From Escherichia typing phage 1: DNA of 64,000 nt. The translations under genes were made by a program, and so were the position numbers. Of this stretch, positions 17,149 to 26,515 are shown piece by piece. The stretch lies in the sequence record KP869100; one strand, 5' to 3'. Below the pieces are notes generated by a model. It was given only the letters and a program-made list of their open reading frames with translations. It did not search any database and was not told the origin of the DNA. Within the stretch, counting starts at the first letter, position 1; every line of letters begins with the position of its first letter.

Positions 17149-17176
17149 AATACTTTCCTCTTAGTTTACTGTTAAA

Positions 17177-17353
17177 TTACTTATTAAACATTTTACCAGA
17201 ACCACCACACATAGGGCAACAACCTGCTCTTGTATACCCTTCTCCGTTACAGTAGTCACACTTCTTGTGTTCTGCAAAGTACTTACAAAGAAGATAAACA
17301 AGGACTGCTACACTACCAAGTGACAGTAAAATTTCTACCCAATATGCTTGCAT
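17177..17353 (-). CDS. unlisted 58-aa membrane-anchored zinc-ribbon peptide
   Basis: Hand-translated MQAYWVEILLSLGSVAVLVYLLCKYFAEHKKCDYCNGEGYTRAGCCPMCGGSGKMFNK; TM segment + CxxC..CxxC; below the track length cutoff. Confidence 0.35.
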   Translation of the reverse strand: MQAYWVEILLSLGSVAVLVYLLCKYFAEHKKCDYCNGEGYTRAGCCPMCGGSGKMFNK

Positions 17354-17682
17354 GACTCACCCCTCATGTTTTTGTAAAGGATAAAGCTTCTGTCATGGAC
17401 GATACTTGTAGATACTGCAAAGTTACTTTCAAGCATCTGTTTGTTTGGATTGTAGAAGCTTTTTTTAAACTCGTCAAGTGCAAATTGGTGATGGTCTGGA
17501 AGACCTTTTACACAAACTTTTATTGTGATTGCTGCTGCAATCTTGCCAGTCAGTTCTTCTTTAGCTGCTACTAAAATTTTGTTAAGGAACTTTTTACCAT
17601 CTTCAGGTTTCTTAATGTTCTCCCAACGTTCTTCTAAGATAATGTTGATGTTCATCTCTTTGATTTTCATAGTTTTCACCAA
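17335..17682 (-). CDS. hypothetical protein
   Basis: 115-aa ORF. Confidence 0.45.
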   Translation of the reverse strand: MVKTMKIKEMNINIILEERWENIKKPEDGKKFLNKILVAAKEELTGKIAAAITIKVCVKGLPDHHQFALDEFKKSFYNPNKQMLESNFAVSTSIVHDRSFILYKNMRGESCKHIG

Positions 17683-18020
17683 GTCCAGTTAATGAGTATG
17701 CCATCGAAACCTTTTGCTAAAGGTACACCCTCATGTTCATAAAATTCAGGATTAACTTCGAATCCACGATTTTCAATATACTCTATCATGTATTTCATTA
17801 CAAAGCTAATCTCTTCGTAGTCATCTGGGTCTCTGCCAAAGAACTGTTCTATGACAAACATACCTTCTTTTGTAGCAAATTGGCAGTGGTGATTGTAGAT
17901 ACCTTCACAAAACTTTTCAAACTTTTCTTTACCGAGAACTTTAAGGATGTCTGTATAGGCAACTTGTAAGTATTTCGGTTGTACAGGTTTATTGTTAAAC
18001 CATATGGAAAGGTTGTCCAT
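17676..18020 (-). CDS. hypothetical protein
   Basis: 114-aa ORF; preceded by terminator and SD. Confidence 0.45.
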   Translation of the reverse strand: MDNLSIWFNNKPVQPKYLQVAYTDILKVLGKEKFEKFCEGIYNHHCQFATKEGMFVIEQFFGRDPDDYEEISFVMKYMIEYIENRGFEVNPEFYEHEGVPLAKGFDGILINWTW

Positions 18021-18032
18021 AGCATTCTCCAG

Positions 18033-18058
18033 AAATTAAAAAGGCTCCCGTAGGAGCC
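18033..18058 (-). terminator. intrinsic terminator (GGCTCC-CGTA-GGAGCC)
   Basis: Perfect 6-bp stem at 18043-18058 followed on the minus strand by TTTTTAATTT. Confidence 0.6.
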
Positions 18059-18073
18059 TCTTATCATATACTT

Positions 18074-19855
18074 TTAAAGCTGCTTGTCAATATTATTTCG
18101 AATATCACCAAGAGTTGTGTAACCGTACTGCTCAGAGTCGCTAAAGACTAAACGTAAAGCACAAGCTGGATGTTCAAGTGCATCTGCAAAGCTCTGGAAT
18201 CCATAGCCATCTACAGCTTTCAAATTCTCACCATCCCACATAGGTGCTACACCACCAAAGGCAGATTTCTTAACACCACTATCTGTTTTAGGGTCTTTTG
18301 CAAGCATAATCTCTTTGCCACCAATGCTTGCAAGAGTTGCTTTGACAGCAAATGCAAAGGTGTCACGAGTCATGTACTGGTAAGTGTAAGAGCCTACACC
18401 AAACACCACGTTAGAGCTTGCAAACCCCATTTCATACAGACGCTTCAGGATTTCGTTTGCACGTTCCAACGTGATAGAGTCGCCATAGATAAGTCCAATG
18501 TGCTCATCCAGTACCTTAAAACCTTTAGAGTTGATAGTTCCTCCAAAGATGTTATACAAGGTCTTAATAGCTCCATCAATCTCTGCTACAGGGCGTGTTA
18601 CAACGTTTGCAGAACCAACCATATAAGCGTTCTTCAACATCACTGTATCAGCAACTTCAAAGTCTTCTCTGTCAACAACCATTTCGTAGCCTTCTGACAG
18701 TAGCCATCCAGCAATACCATAGTTGATGTTTTCAAGCTTCATGTTAAGAACAGCATTCAACATTGTGTCACTGACTTCCAGCTTGCTTAGGTGCTCGTAA
18801 TAAGCCTTCTTAGCACATTCTAAGTGGATTGCTTTATAACCTGTGACAATATGTACAGGGTCTCCAGAGTCAGGGCGAATTACCAGTTTGCCATCACGTT
18901 CCATAATTTCTTTACGAAGTGCTGGTAAGATTTCTGACACAGTTCTCCAGAAGTTATAAGTATCTGAAACAATACTTGCAATACCTGTTGGGTAAGTTTC
19001 TGTTAAGAAACGACGGAAGGTTTGTAACTCACCTTTAAAGCGTCTTTCTTCTTCAATCAACTCATTACCACCTTCCCAAGCAATGTTTGCACACATTACA
19101 GAGTGCTCAGTGGCTGGTACAGAGCTACCAATATCAGAGATTGGGTAGGACTGTCCATAGATTCGTTTAGCCGTGTATACAGCAGGGAAGCTATCAGTCC
19201 CTTTAAAGCTGGTTAAGTGACCTACAGCGTTAAATGCGTCATCAGTAAAGCCGGACATACCACGCATAGCAAAATCATGGCACTGATAAGGTAAATGTAA
19301 GTCATTGTCACAAGTAAGGTCAGCCCACTTCTTACAGATGCGTTTGTAATGCAATGCAATAGTTGCAATGGTGCAAGCCTTCCAAATTTCAGCAGAGAAA
19401 GCATCTTCCAGATAACCTGCTACCCAATGAAAACCTGAAACAGTGTTCTGAAAGACAATCATCGGGACACGCATTGGAACAACTGTGCCTTCTTCTACAG
19501 CGTATACTTCAACTGGTAGATAACCTAAGTCGTGAAGTGCTTCCCAATGCTCTCGACCGATAGCATCTTTACCCAGAACACCATTCATGACTTCTAAGAT
19601 TTCATCAATGGCTTCTTTTTTATCACGTTCAAAGAAAGTGGCATTCCAGTGGTCTATCAAGTAATCTTTAACAAAACGTTGAATACCAAAAGCCACTACA
19701 CCGTCAATTGCTAAAGGGCTGTTAAACCATTTATCACTACGTGGTGTCAGGTTGAACATCAAGTATTCTGTTGCACTAGGATACTGGTAAACATGACCAG
19801 ATTTGTAAGCATCTGCATTTAAACCTGCTGGTACTGCATAAAGTGATTTAGTCAT
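18074..19855 (-). CDS. nicotinamide phosphoribosyltransferase-like enzyme (NAMPT/NadV family; possibly Namat)
   Basis: 593 aa; N-terminus AVPAGLNADAYKSGHVYQYP typical of the NAMPT family; adjacent to a Prs-like gene. Confidence 0.75.
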   Translation of the reverse strand: MTKSLYAVPAGLNADAYKSGHVYQYPSATEYLMFNLTPRSDKWFNSPLAIDGVVAFGIQRFVKDYLIDHWNATFFERDKKEAIDEILEVMNGVLGKDAIGREHWEALHDLGYLPVEVYAVEEGTVVPMRVPMIVFQNTVSGFHWVAGYLEDAFSAEIWKACTIATIALHYKRICKKWADLTCDNDLHLPYQCHDFAMRGMSGFTDDAFNAVGHLTSFKGTDSFPAVYTAKRIYGQSYPISDIGSSVPATEHSVMCANIAWEGGNELIEEERRFKGELQTFRRFLTETYPTGIASIVSDTYNFWRTVSEILPALRKEIMERDGKLVIRPDSGDPVHIVTGYKAIHLECAKKAYYEHLSKLEVSDTMLNAVLNMKLENINYGIAGWLLSEGYEMVVDREDFEVADTVMLKNAYMVGSANVVTRPVAEIDGAIKTLYNIFGGTINSKGFKVLDEHIGLIYGDSITLERANEILKRLYEMGFASSNVVFGVGSYTYQYMTRDTFAFAVKATLASIGGKEIMLAKDPKTDSGVKKSAFGGVAPMWDGENLKAVDGYGFQSFADALEHPACALRLVFSDSEQYGYTTLGDIRNNIDKQL

Positions 19856-19867
19856 CTTTTAATCTCT

Positions 19868-19891
19868 CTCAAAATGGGGCTTTTAAGCCCC
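19868..19891 (-). terminator. hairpin between the Prs-like and NAMPT-like genes (possible attenuating terminator)
   Basis: GGGGCT-TTTA-AGCCCC at 19876-19891 with a short T-run on the minus strand. Confidence 0.35.
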
Positions 19892-19900
19892 TATAAAGTT

Positions 19901-20797
19901 TCAATCAAGGTTTGCTACAGTAACTTGACCATAATGTGTTAAGCCACGGTCTTTAGCTTCCCCTAAAGAGTTTGTAGTGTAGATATGGTCAATACCATTG
20001 TCAAGAAGGTTTTCAACATCTTTAGAGAAGATACCATGTGTTACATAGAGTTCCACACGTTTTGTACCTGCTTCACGGAGATGCTTAGCTGCTTCTATGA
20101 AGGTTCGACCACCATCACAGATATCATCCAGAATCATGACGGTTTTATCTGTCAAATCAACATCATCAAGGATTCGCATACCAGTAATTTCACCAGTCTT
20201 AAGGTTACGCACCTTAGACATTGTGATATATGGTTTATCCACCTCTTTAGCGGTCTCTGCAACCTTCTTAGCAGCACCTGCATCTGGGGCTACTAAGTAA
20301 TCAACCAGTGGGTCATTTGCATAGTGGACTGCAATCTCCTTTTGAGGAATACTCTGGAAGCAGTTAAACAGGTTATCTGGTACATAGCTGTGAGGGTCAA
20401 CTGCACAGACTGCGCCAAATCCCATTGCATTAATCTGTTTAGCAAAAACCTTTAAAGCTGCTGCGTCACCTTTAAACATGTGACGGTCATATCGTGCATT
20501 TGGTAAGTAGTAAAAGATGACAGTCTTTAAAGCATAATCATGAGGAATTAAATCATCAATTGCTTCTTTAGCAAGTGCCACAGCAAACAATGTGTCCTTG
20601 TCATAACCTTTTACAATCATAATCACATTGTTGATGGATGATGCTGCATAAGCAGTAAAATCAACAAACTCTGGCGAAAAGTGTCCACCAATCTCACCAG
20701 AAGGGAATTGGACGATGTTAAACTCTTCTTCATGAGTCCCTTTAGTTGGTGAATGAACTGTAACACGGATAGATGTTTTCATAGTTTTCTCTCTCAA
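19901..20797 (-). CDS. ribose-phosphate pyrophosphokinase-like enzyme (Prs family; possibly Adps)
   Basis: 298 aa; VMILDDICDGGRTF matches the Prs ribose-phosphate binding loop; N-terminal half diverges from canonical Prs. Confidence 0.75.
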   Translation of the reverse strand: MREKTMKTSIRVTVHSPTKGTHEEEFNIVQFPSGEIGGHFSPEFVDFTAYAASSINNVIMIVKGYDKDTLFAVALAKEAIDDLIPHDYALKTVIFYYLPNARYDRHMFKGDAAALKVFAKQINAMGFGAVCAVDPHSYVPDNLFNCFQSIPQKEIAVHYANDPLVDYLVAPDAGAAKKVAETAKEVDKPYITMSKVRNLKTGEITGMRILDDVDLTDKTVMILDDICDGGRTFIEAAKHLREAGTKRVELYVTHGIFSKDVENLLDNGIDHIYTTNSLGEAKDRGLTHYGQVTVANLD

Positions 20798-21072
20798 TCA
20801 AAAGTTACGTTTGTTACTGCCATTGCAGATTTGCATTTTGCAGGGTCTACAACGTGATAAAGTACACTACAGTTACCTGTGCTGTCTGGTACAGGTTTAA
20901 CCCATTGTTGCTTGACAGTTGGTTCGCCTAAGTCTTTGTAAGAACCATCTGTAAAGTTGTTTACCATCTCAAGTGCAATTGGCTCTGGAACATGACCACG
21001 TATCATGTACATTTCACAACCATTACCTCCTTCACTGACTAATGGTAAAATCTCCCACTTTTCTTTAGTCAT
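20794..21072 (-). CDS. hypothetical protein
   Basis: 92-aa ORF coupled to neighbours. Confidence 0.45.
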   Translation of the reverse strand: MTKEKWEILPLVSEGGNGCEMYMIRGHVPEPIALEMVNNFTDGSYKDLGEPTVKQQWVKPVPDSTGNCSVLYHVVDPAKCKSAMAVTNVTFD

Positions 21073-21580
21073 TATAAGTTGCCCTATAAACTGTCTCGAA
21101 CTTCAACAGGAGAGATATTGCCAAATCTGTATAGTTGTTGTCAAGCACATCTGGCATATTATTTTTGATATATTTCTCTTGCTCTTCATAGGTCATCTTA
21201 GGGATACTTAGGAGGCTATCTCCTTGCTTCTGGTTATCAGCTTTAGTTTGGATAAACCAGTTTGCACAGTGATGTTCACCACCTTTTGTAACAGGTTTGT
21301 GATGACCTAATGTAAATATTTGCTTACCCGTATACCTGCAAAGATTGTTCAGTGTTGCAATGGTGTTCTTCACAACACACCATTCATACAGGTTATCTAT
21401 TGTGTAGTGTGGGTAATAACGGACAAGTGCTCTTTCACGTAAGTTACCACGATTCCAAAGAACCATGTGATTAGAATTTGAAGGGTCATATTTGTGGGAG
21501 TCTATAAACTCTTGACGCTCATCAAAGCTGAGTCTTAGAACTGACATTGCAACCGAACGTTTCAGGTTTGACAGATACAT
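21065..21580 (-). mobile_element. HNH endonuclease (homing-endonuclease-like)
   Basis: 171 aa; LGHHKPVTKGGEHHCANWFIQTKADNQKQG resembles the HNH motif. Confidence 0.55.
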
Positions 21581-21631
21581 TTTACCTCCAAAATAAAAAG
21601 GGAACCTTTACAGTCCCCTTATAGTATCTGT

Positions 21632-21952
21632 TTACTGAGCTACTTTCAAGATTCTTGTGAATGGAATTTCACTTTCTTCCATTAACTCTTTAGTTTCTTT
21701 GGTAACTTTCACAAAGTTATCTAGGCAGATAATCTTCTTATCTTTCTTACTATAGGTTAATTTAACCTTTTCAATATCTTTCTCAGAGCTTTTCTCTTCA
21801 TTGAAGAGTTTTACAGCCTCTTTGAATGGGAGATATGAGCCATCATTATCACTAATGAATCCTGTACCACAATAGTAGGAGTTATGTTCTCTAGCCATAA
21901 ACTGGCACAGTAAGAAAATCTGTAATTTACGAGTGTTATAAACTTTGCTCAT
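21632..21952 (-). CDS. hypothetical protein
   Basis: 106-aa ORF. Confidence 0.45.
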   Translation of the reverse strand: MSKVYNTRKLQIFLLCQFMAREHNSYYCGTGFISDNDGSYLPFKEAVKLFNEEKSSEKDIEKVKLTYSKKDKKIICLDNFVKVTKETKELMEESEIPFTRILKVAQ

Positions 21953-21954
21953 GA

Positions 21955-22218
21955 TTATTTAGCCTTCTTATTACGTTTACGGTTACGGTTACGAGCTTTC
22001 TTAGCTGCGCGTTTAATTGCTGCTGCACCAGTCGGACGATGGGCTTGCTTCTTACCACCTTTGCCACGGCCTACATAGATGCTTTTCATAATCTCATTAG
22101 CCAGTTTCTCATCCATCTTGAAGTTCTGCATAAGATGAGTCACATCAACACCAGTGAGCATACCTAATGAAGCTAGTGCTGCTTTCACTTTTGATTTAAA
22201 ACTATTCCAGAGTCCCAT
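21955..22218 (-). CDS. small protein with highly basic C-terminus
   Basis: 87 aa; C-terminal KRAAKKARNRNRKRNKKAK. Confidence 0.45.
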   Translation of the reverse strand: MGLWNSFKSKVKAALASLGMLTGVDVTHLMQNFKMDEKLANEIMKSIYVGRGKGGKKQAHRPTGAAAIKRAAKKARNRNRKRNKKAK

Positions 22219-22342
22219 TTCATATCTCTCTCAATCTTTTCACAAAATGTTTTAAGTTCTTCTTCAGTGATACCAACGGTTAAGTTTGTTCTGTAGAACA
22301 TTGTAAAGTGGCTTTTACCGATAACCTACTTTATAACGAGAT

Positions 22343-22828
22343 TTACTCTGCTCTCCACTGACAATCACCTTGCCATCCGTACTCTTTTCTCCAGAGGTTT
22401 TGGTTATCTGAACCACGATACGGTTTAACTGTTGGTTTAGATGAATCATACTTACCATCAATCACCACGTCAACATATTTCATCACATCAAGGTGAATTT
22501 TTTCATGTAACTGAAAACCTGTCCAGAGCCAGATAGATTTTTCTGGGTAAACGGTTTTAATACGTTTGCATATGTTGGTAACCTCTTGAATATTTCTATC
22601 ATCTAGAGGTTCTCCACCAAGTATTGACAGCCCACTGATGGCATTATCATCCATTAACTTAATGATGCCATAAAGGTTTGCATAAGTGAACTCTTTACCA
22701 GCATTAAACTTCCAAGATTCCTTATTAAAGCAACCTTCACAGTGATGCTTACAACCAGCTACGAAGAGGCTTACACGAACCCCTTCACCATTAGCTGTGT
22801 CAAATGGTCGAATCTCCATGTAATTCAT
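22343..22828 (-). CDS. nrdG: anaerobic ribonucleotide reductase activating protein (radical SAM)
   Basis: 161 aa; CKHHCEGC is a CxxxCxxC radical-SAM cluster motif; near nrdD. Confidence 0.8.
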   Translation of the reverse strand: MNYMEIRPFDTANGEGVRVSLFVAGCKHHCEGCFNKESWKFNAGKEFTYANLYGIIKLMDDNAISGLSILGGEPLDDRNIQEVTNICKRIKTVYPEKSIWLWTGFQLHEKIHLDVMKYVDVVIDGKYDSSKPTVKPYRGSDNQNLWRKEYGWQGDCQWRAE

Positions 22829-22837
22829 CTAGTTACC

Positions 22838-23137
22838 TCACCAATACATATAAGTGTTCTTAGCGGCTTTCTTTGGAGACTTGCTATCAATATCAAAATC
22901 TTCATCTAAGAAGGATGTCTTAGAAAGCTGCCTTATTTGTGTTCTTGTAAGACGTTTAGTGGCCTTCTTAATCTCTCTACAAGGCTGGCTTGTGAAGTCG
23001 TAAGAGCCACCTTTTCTGGACATCATATCAGAATGGAAGTAGACATCTGAAGCATTTTCTCTGTTACGTACCTCATTTCTCCACTCATAGAGTCCATGAA
23101 CGTTCTTTAAACCTTTTCTTCGAATTGTTTTACTCAT
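22838..23137 (-). CDS. hypothetical protein
   Basis: 99-aa ORF. Confidence 0.45.
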   Translation of the reverse strand: MSKTIRRKGLKNVHGLYEWRNEVRNRENASDVYFHSDMMSRKGGSYDFTSQPCREIKKATKRLTRTQIRQLSKTSFLDEDFDIDSKSPKKAAKNTYMYW

Positions 23138-23529
23138 TCAAACACCACCTGACAAGGAACCTGTTTAGTAATAAATTCTTCGCAGTGTTCTTTAATGAAG
23201 TTTTGTAATGGCACACAATCTTGTGCACAAGTCATTAGTATAATGTACTCTGGATTCATAATGTTTTCAAGAGTGTAGAAGACAACATCGTTAGATAATT
23301 CATGACCGTCTTCTTCAGACCAAGTTCCAGAGACTACAGCTAATTTGTCAAGCAATTCATTAGGTAACGCTACGCCATCTTCTACGGAATCACTTAGAAC
23401 GTTGTCGCTGATGTACAATGTGAAGGTCGTATGGAATGTTGAATATCTTACGTGATTCTTTTCGCAAGAGCCACACTCTGAGGCATAATCTTTAATCCAC
23501 TCTAACTGTTTTTTGTTCAACTTAATCAT
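23134..23529 (-). CDS. hypothetical protein
   Basis: 131-aa ORF; ATGA overlap. Confidence 0.45.
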   Translation of the reverse strand: MIKLNKKQLEWIKDYASECGSCEKNHVRYSTFHTTFTLYISDNVLSDSVEDGVALPNELLDKLAVVSGTWSEEDGHELSNDVVFYTLENIMNPEYIILMTCAQDCVPLQNFIKEHCEEFITKQVPCQVVFE

Positions 23530-23726
23530 AATTTCACCTTAGTTGGCAATGCACTGAATGCTATGACTAACCCTAAAAATGGTTTGAAGCATGACCATAA
23601 ATCCATCTGACCCTGATATGCGAAACTCCATTGTGGGTCTGAAAAACCCCATACCATAACACTAACCCCAAAGAAGAAGATTAGAATGTGGAGAATGTAT
23701 ATCAACGCTTTTGATATTTTAAACAT
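23526..23726 (-). CDS. small membrane protein
   Basis: 66 aa; hydrophobic segments ILHILIFFFGVSVMVWGF and FLGLVIAFSAL. Confidence 0.4.
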   Translation of the reverse strand: MFKISKALIYILHILIFFFGVSVMVWGFSDPQWSFAYQGQMDLWSCFKPFLGLVIAFSALPTKVKL

Positions 23727-23880
23727 TTTAACTTGCCTCTTAATTCACAATAAGAGAGTCCTAAAAAGAACCCTAGTAAGACAGAACCTATGAACAACCC
23801 AATAATACTCTCTGCCATATCTAACATCCAATAAAAAAGGTGATGTAAGCCTATCAAGACTCACACCACCATGTCAAGTT

Positions 23881-26025
23881 TTACATAGAAACTCTGTCAC
23901 GAATCTCAGCGATTTTTGCATCGTTCATTCGGGATTCACCTTTAATCTTAGTCCATCCAAGATACCCACACACCCTGTTAATCACAGAGATATCATGTGA
24001 GTGACAAACTTCACATTCTTCAACATCAGCCTTTGGCCTGTTACCACAATGTTCACAGATTGCTAAGTCAAAGTTAAGTCCCTGATAGAAACCTTTCAAC
24101 ATCCCTCTTGTAATACAGCTCTTAAGTGCTGATAAGTTTTCTGGGTTAGCTACTCTTACATACTGGATTCTACCGCCTCTACAGATATGGAAGAATGGCT
24201 CTTCTAAGTCCTGCTTCTCAAATGGTGAGATGTCTGCTGCAACATTCATATGGAAACTGTTTGTAAAGTATTCCTTATCGGAAACACCTTTGATAACCCC
24301 AAACATATCTCTGAACTGTTTTAGCTGAGTCCCACATAGTGATTCTGCTGGAGTACCATAGACGGCATATAAGAAGCCATCTTCATTTTTAAACTCTTCG
24401 GTTTTCATGTTAATGTATGCCAGAACATCATATGCAAAACTATAGCTTCCAACTTCATGAAGTCGTTTACCTTCAGCAAGAACAGACAACTCATCAAGCG
24501 CAGTAACACCAAAAGAAGCTGTGAAGGACTTCACAATATCCCAACCAACCTTGTCAGTAGGTTTCTTAGTTCCTTTGTACAGACCACCTTGTGTGAACGC
24601 AAGAGGGTTAGAACTTGCTGGCATATTAGCAATCATTTCGTAGCGTTTCTTGTGGAAGTTGCGAATCATCTCTAGGTACTTATCAAGCTCTTTCCAGAAA
24701 TCTAAACCATTCTCTTTAGAGTACTGGTAAATCATTGGCAAGTTCAAAGATACAGCACCAATGTTAGCACGACCAACGTAAAACTCTTCCCCATCCTCAT
24801 TAAAATATGGAGATAAGAAGGCTCTGCAACCCATCGGTGAAATTACCTTACCAGAACGCTCAAAAGCCTCTGCTACAGCACCATGACCAGACACACTTAA
24901 GAAATCTGGGTACATTGCTTTAGAGCAACACTCAATAGCTTTACTGTACAGGTGACCTTGACAGATATTCTCATCATGTCTCTTCTGGTCATAAATATAA
25001 ACCAGTTTAGGGAATACAACAGGTTTTTTACTCTTGCCTTGTCCATTCATACGAACATCTAGGAGAGTACTTGCAATCATGTATTGTAGTCGATTATCCT
25101 CATTAGACATATCTGAGTCAAGTAAACCAAATGTTAAAGTTGTGAATGCAAAATCACCACGGCTACAAGGTACGGTATTTAGTTTCATCTCAAGTGACTG
25201 AAAACCTTGAGTCAGTTCAATTTGTAACTGCTCCATTACATAATTGTGGTAATGCTCTTTAGGAATACCATAAGATGATGCTTTCTCAGCATGATAGCGT
25301 AGAGACTTCTTAGCATACGGTACAAGTACCTTATCAATCTCTGCTAAAGTAAAACCACCAAATTGCTGTGCAGTTGCTGAAAGTACTACGTCACCAATAA
25401 CCTGCAACGCTGACAGTACAGATTTAGGTTCACAGTACTCAATGCCGGACATTTCAAAGCCACCTTTTAGTACTTTACCAATGTCAAACAGGCAACAGTT
25501 AATACCACCAAAAATCAGGTCTCTCAAATCGTGGATATAGATAAAGCCTTTCTCAATGGCTTCAAGTTCCTCTGGTGTTAGATGATACTGTTTAAAGATT
25601 TCTTTAGTCAGGTAACCACGGATAATTGAACCTTTCGTAGAAATTAAACTGCTGTCAAAGTTAGCATTTTCACGGTCACCTAAGAAGAGTGTATCTTTAG
25701 TCTTCTGGTAGAGTTCGTCCCAATTTTGAGCAACCTCTTTACGGTAATTTCTGTATGTTGAGTAAGACTCATAAATCTCGTGATTGACCTCTGCCAAAGC
25801 ACCTTCAACAATACTGTGAATATCATTTACCGAGATAAGCAAATTATTCTGCTTAGTGGACTTTACCAAAATCCTCATAAATGCTGACTCAAGAGCTTGG
25901 GTAACATCTGGTGGAAGTTCTTTATATCCAACCCTGTTAGCTGACTTAGCTACTGCTGCTAAAACTTTTTTGATATCGGGTTCTTCAAGTGAGCCGTTCT
26001 TTTTAATAATCTGTACTTTGTTCAT
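23881..26025 (-). CDS. nrdD: anaerobic ribonucleoside-triphosphate reductase
   Basis: 714 aa; C-terminal glycyl-radical motif RVCGYLG and Cys cluster CEHCG...CEVCH. Confidence 0.9.
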   Translation of the reverse strand: MNKVQIIKKNGSLEEPDIKKVLAAVAKSANRVGYKELPPDVTQALESAFMRILVKSTKQNNLLISVNDIHSIVEGALAEVNHEIYESYSTYRNYRKEVAQNWDELYQKTKDTLFLGDRENANFDSSLISTKGSIIRGYLTKEIFKQYHLTPEELEAIEKGFIYIHDLRDLIFGGINCCLFDIGKVLKGGFEMSGIEYCEPKSVLSALQVIGDVVLSATAQQFGGFTLAEIDKVLVPYAKKSLRYHAEKASSYGIPKEHYHNYVMEQLQIELTQGFQSLEMKLNTVPCSRGDFAFTTLTFGLLDSDMSNEDNRLQYMIASTLLDVRMNGQGKSKKPVVFPKLVYIYDQKRHDENICQGHLYSKAIECCSKAMYPDFLSVSGHGAVAEAFERSGKVISPMGCRAFLSPYFNEDGEEFYVGRANIGAVSLNLPMIYQYSKENGLDFWKELDKYLEMIRNFHKKRYEMIANMPASSNPLAFTQGGLYKGTKKPTDKVGWDIVKSFTASFGVTALDELSVLAEGKRLHEVGSYSFAYDVLAYINMKTEEFKNEDGFLYAVYGTPAESLCGTQLKQFRDMFGVIKGVSDKEYFTNSFHMNVAADISPFEKQDLEEPFFHICRGGRIQYVRVANPENLSALKSCITRGMLKGFYQGLNFDLAICEHCGNRPKADVEECEVCHSHDISVINRVCGYLGWTKIKGESRMNDAKIAEIRDRVSM

Positions 26026-26040
26026 TATTGCCCCTTTACA

Positions 26041-26065
26041 TGCTAAAAAGGTCTCCGAAGAGACC
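26041..26065 (-). terminator. intrinsic terminator (GGTCTC-CGAA-GAGACC)
   Basis: Perfect 6-bp stem at 26050-26065 followed on the minus strand by TTTTTAGC. Confidence 0.55.
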
Positions 26066-26073
26066 CTTTCATT

Positions 26074-26280
26074 TTAAATCTTTTTAGAAAACTTAGAAAC
26101 GAGTTTTCTAAGTTTTTCAGTGATGCCTAACTGTATCTCTAATATTTCAAAGATAACCCATAGTAACATGGCCCCAAACAATGAACCTTGTTCAAAATCA
26201 GTAAATAGGTTAACAATCAGCATACCAATCACAATAGCTGGTGCATCAACAACCAAACCTTCCCAAATGCGTTTAAGCAT
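26074..26280 (-). CDS. small membrane protein
   Basis: 68 aa; hydrophobic core VVDAPAIVIGMLIVNLF. Confidence 0.4.
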   Translation of the reverse strand: MLKRIWEGLVVDAPAIVIGMLIVNLFTDFEQGSLFGAMLLWVIFEILEIQLGITEKLRKLVSKFSKKI

Positions 26281-26515
26281 TATTCACCTCTGCCATAAAA
26301 TTCTGTAGCGTCCCAACAGGCTTTAGGTTTTGTCCATCAGTTTTCATGATGAATGGCATCTGACGAACTGGCATCTGTGCAATATCCATCAGGTCTGACA
26401 GTTCATAATCCTGCCCTAACATTCTCACAACATGGTCAATACCACGAGTTTTTGCAAAATTCTTTGCAGTCTCACACTGAGGGCATCCAGTTTTGGAGTA
26501 AATCACATAAGTCAT
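26273..26515 (-). CDS. glutaredoxin/NrdH-like redoxin
   Basis: 80 aa; CPQC active-site motif near the N-terminus; adjacent to RNR genes. Confidence 0.7.
   Translation of the reverse strand: MTYVIYSKTGCPQCETAKNFAKTRGIDHVVRMLGQDYELSDLMDIAQMPVRQMPFIMKTDGQNLKPVGTLQNFMAEVNNA

Noticed and set aside
23727-23880. Possible 38-codon hydrophobic peptide (ATG at 23816-23818) between nrdD and the 66-aa membrane ORF
   Set aside because: Very short and overlaps the next gene's start in another frame; cannot be distinguished from chance.
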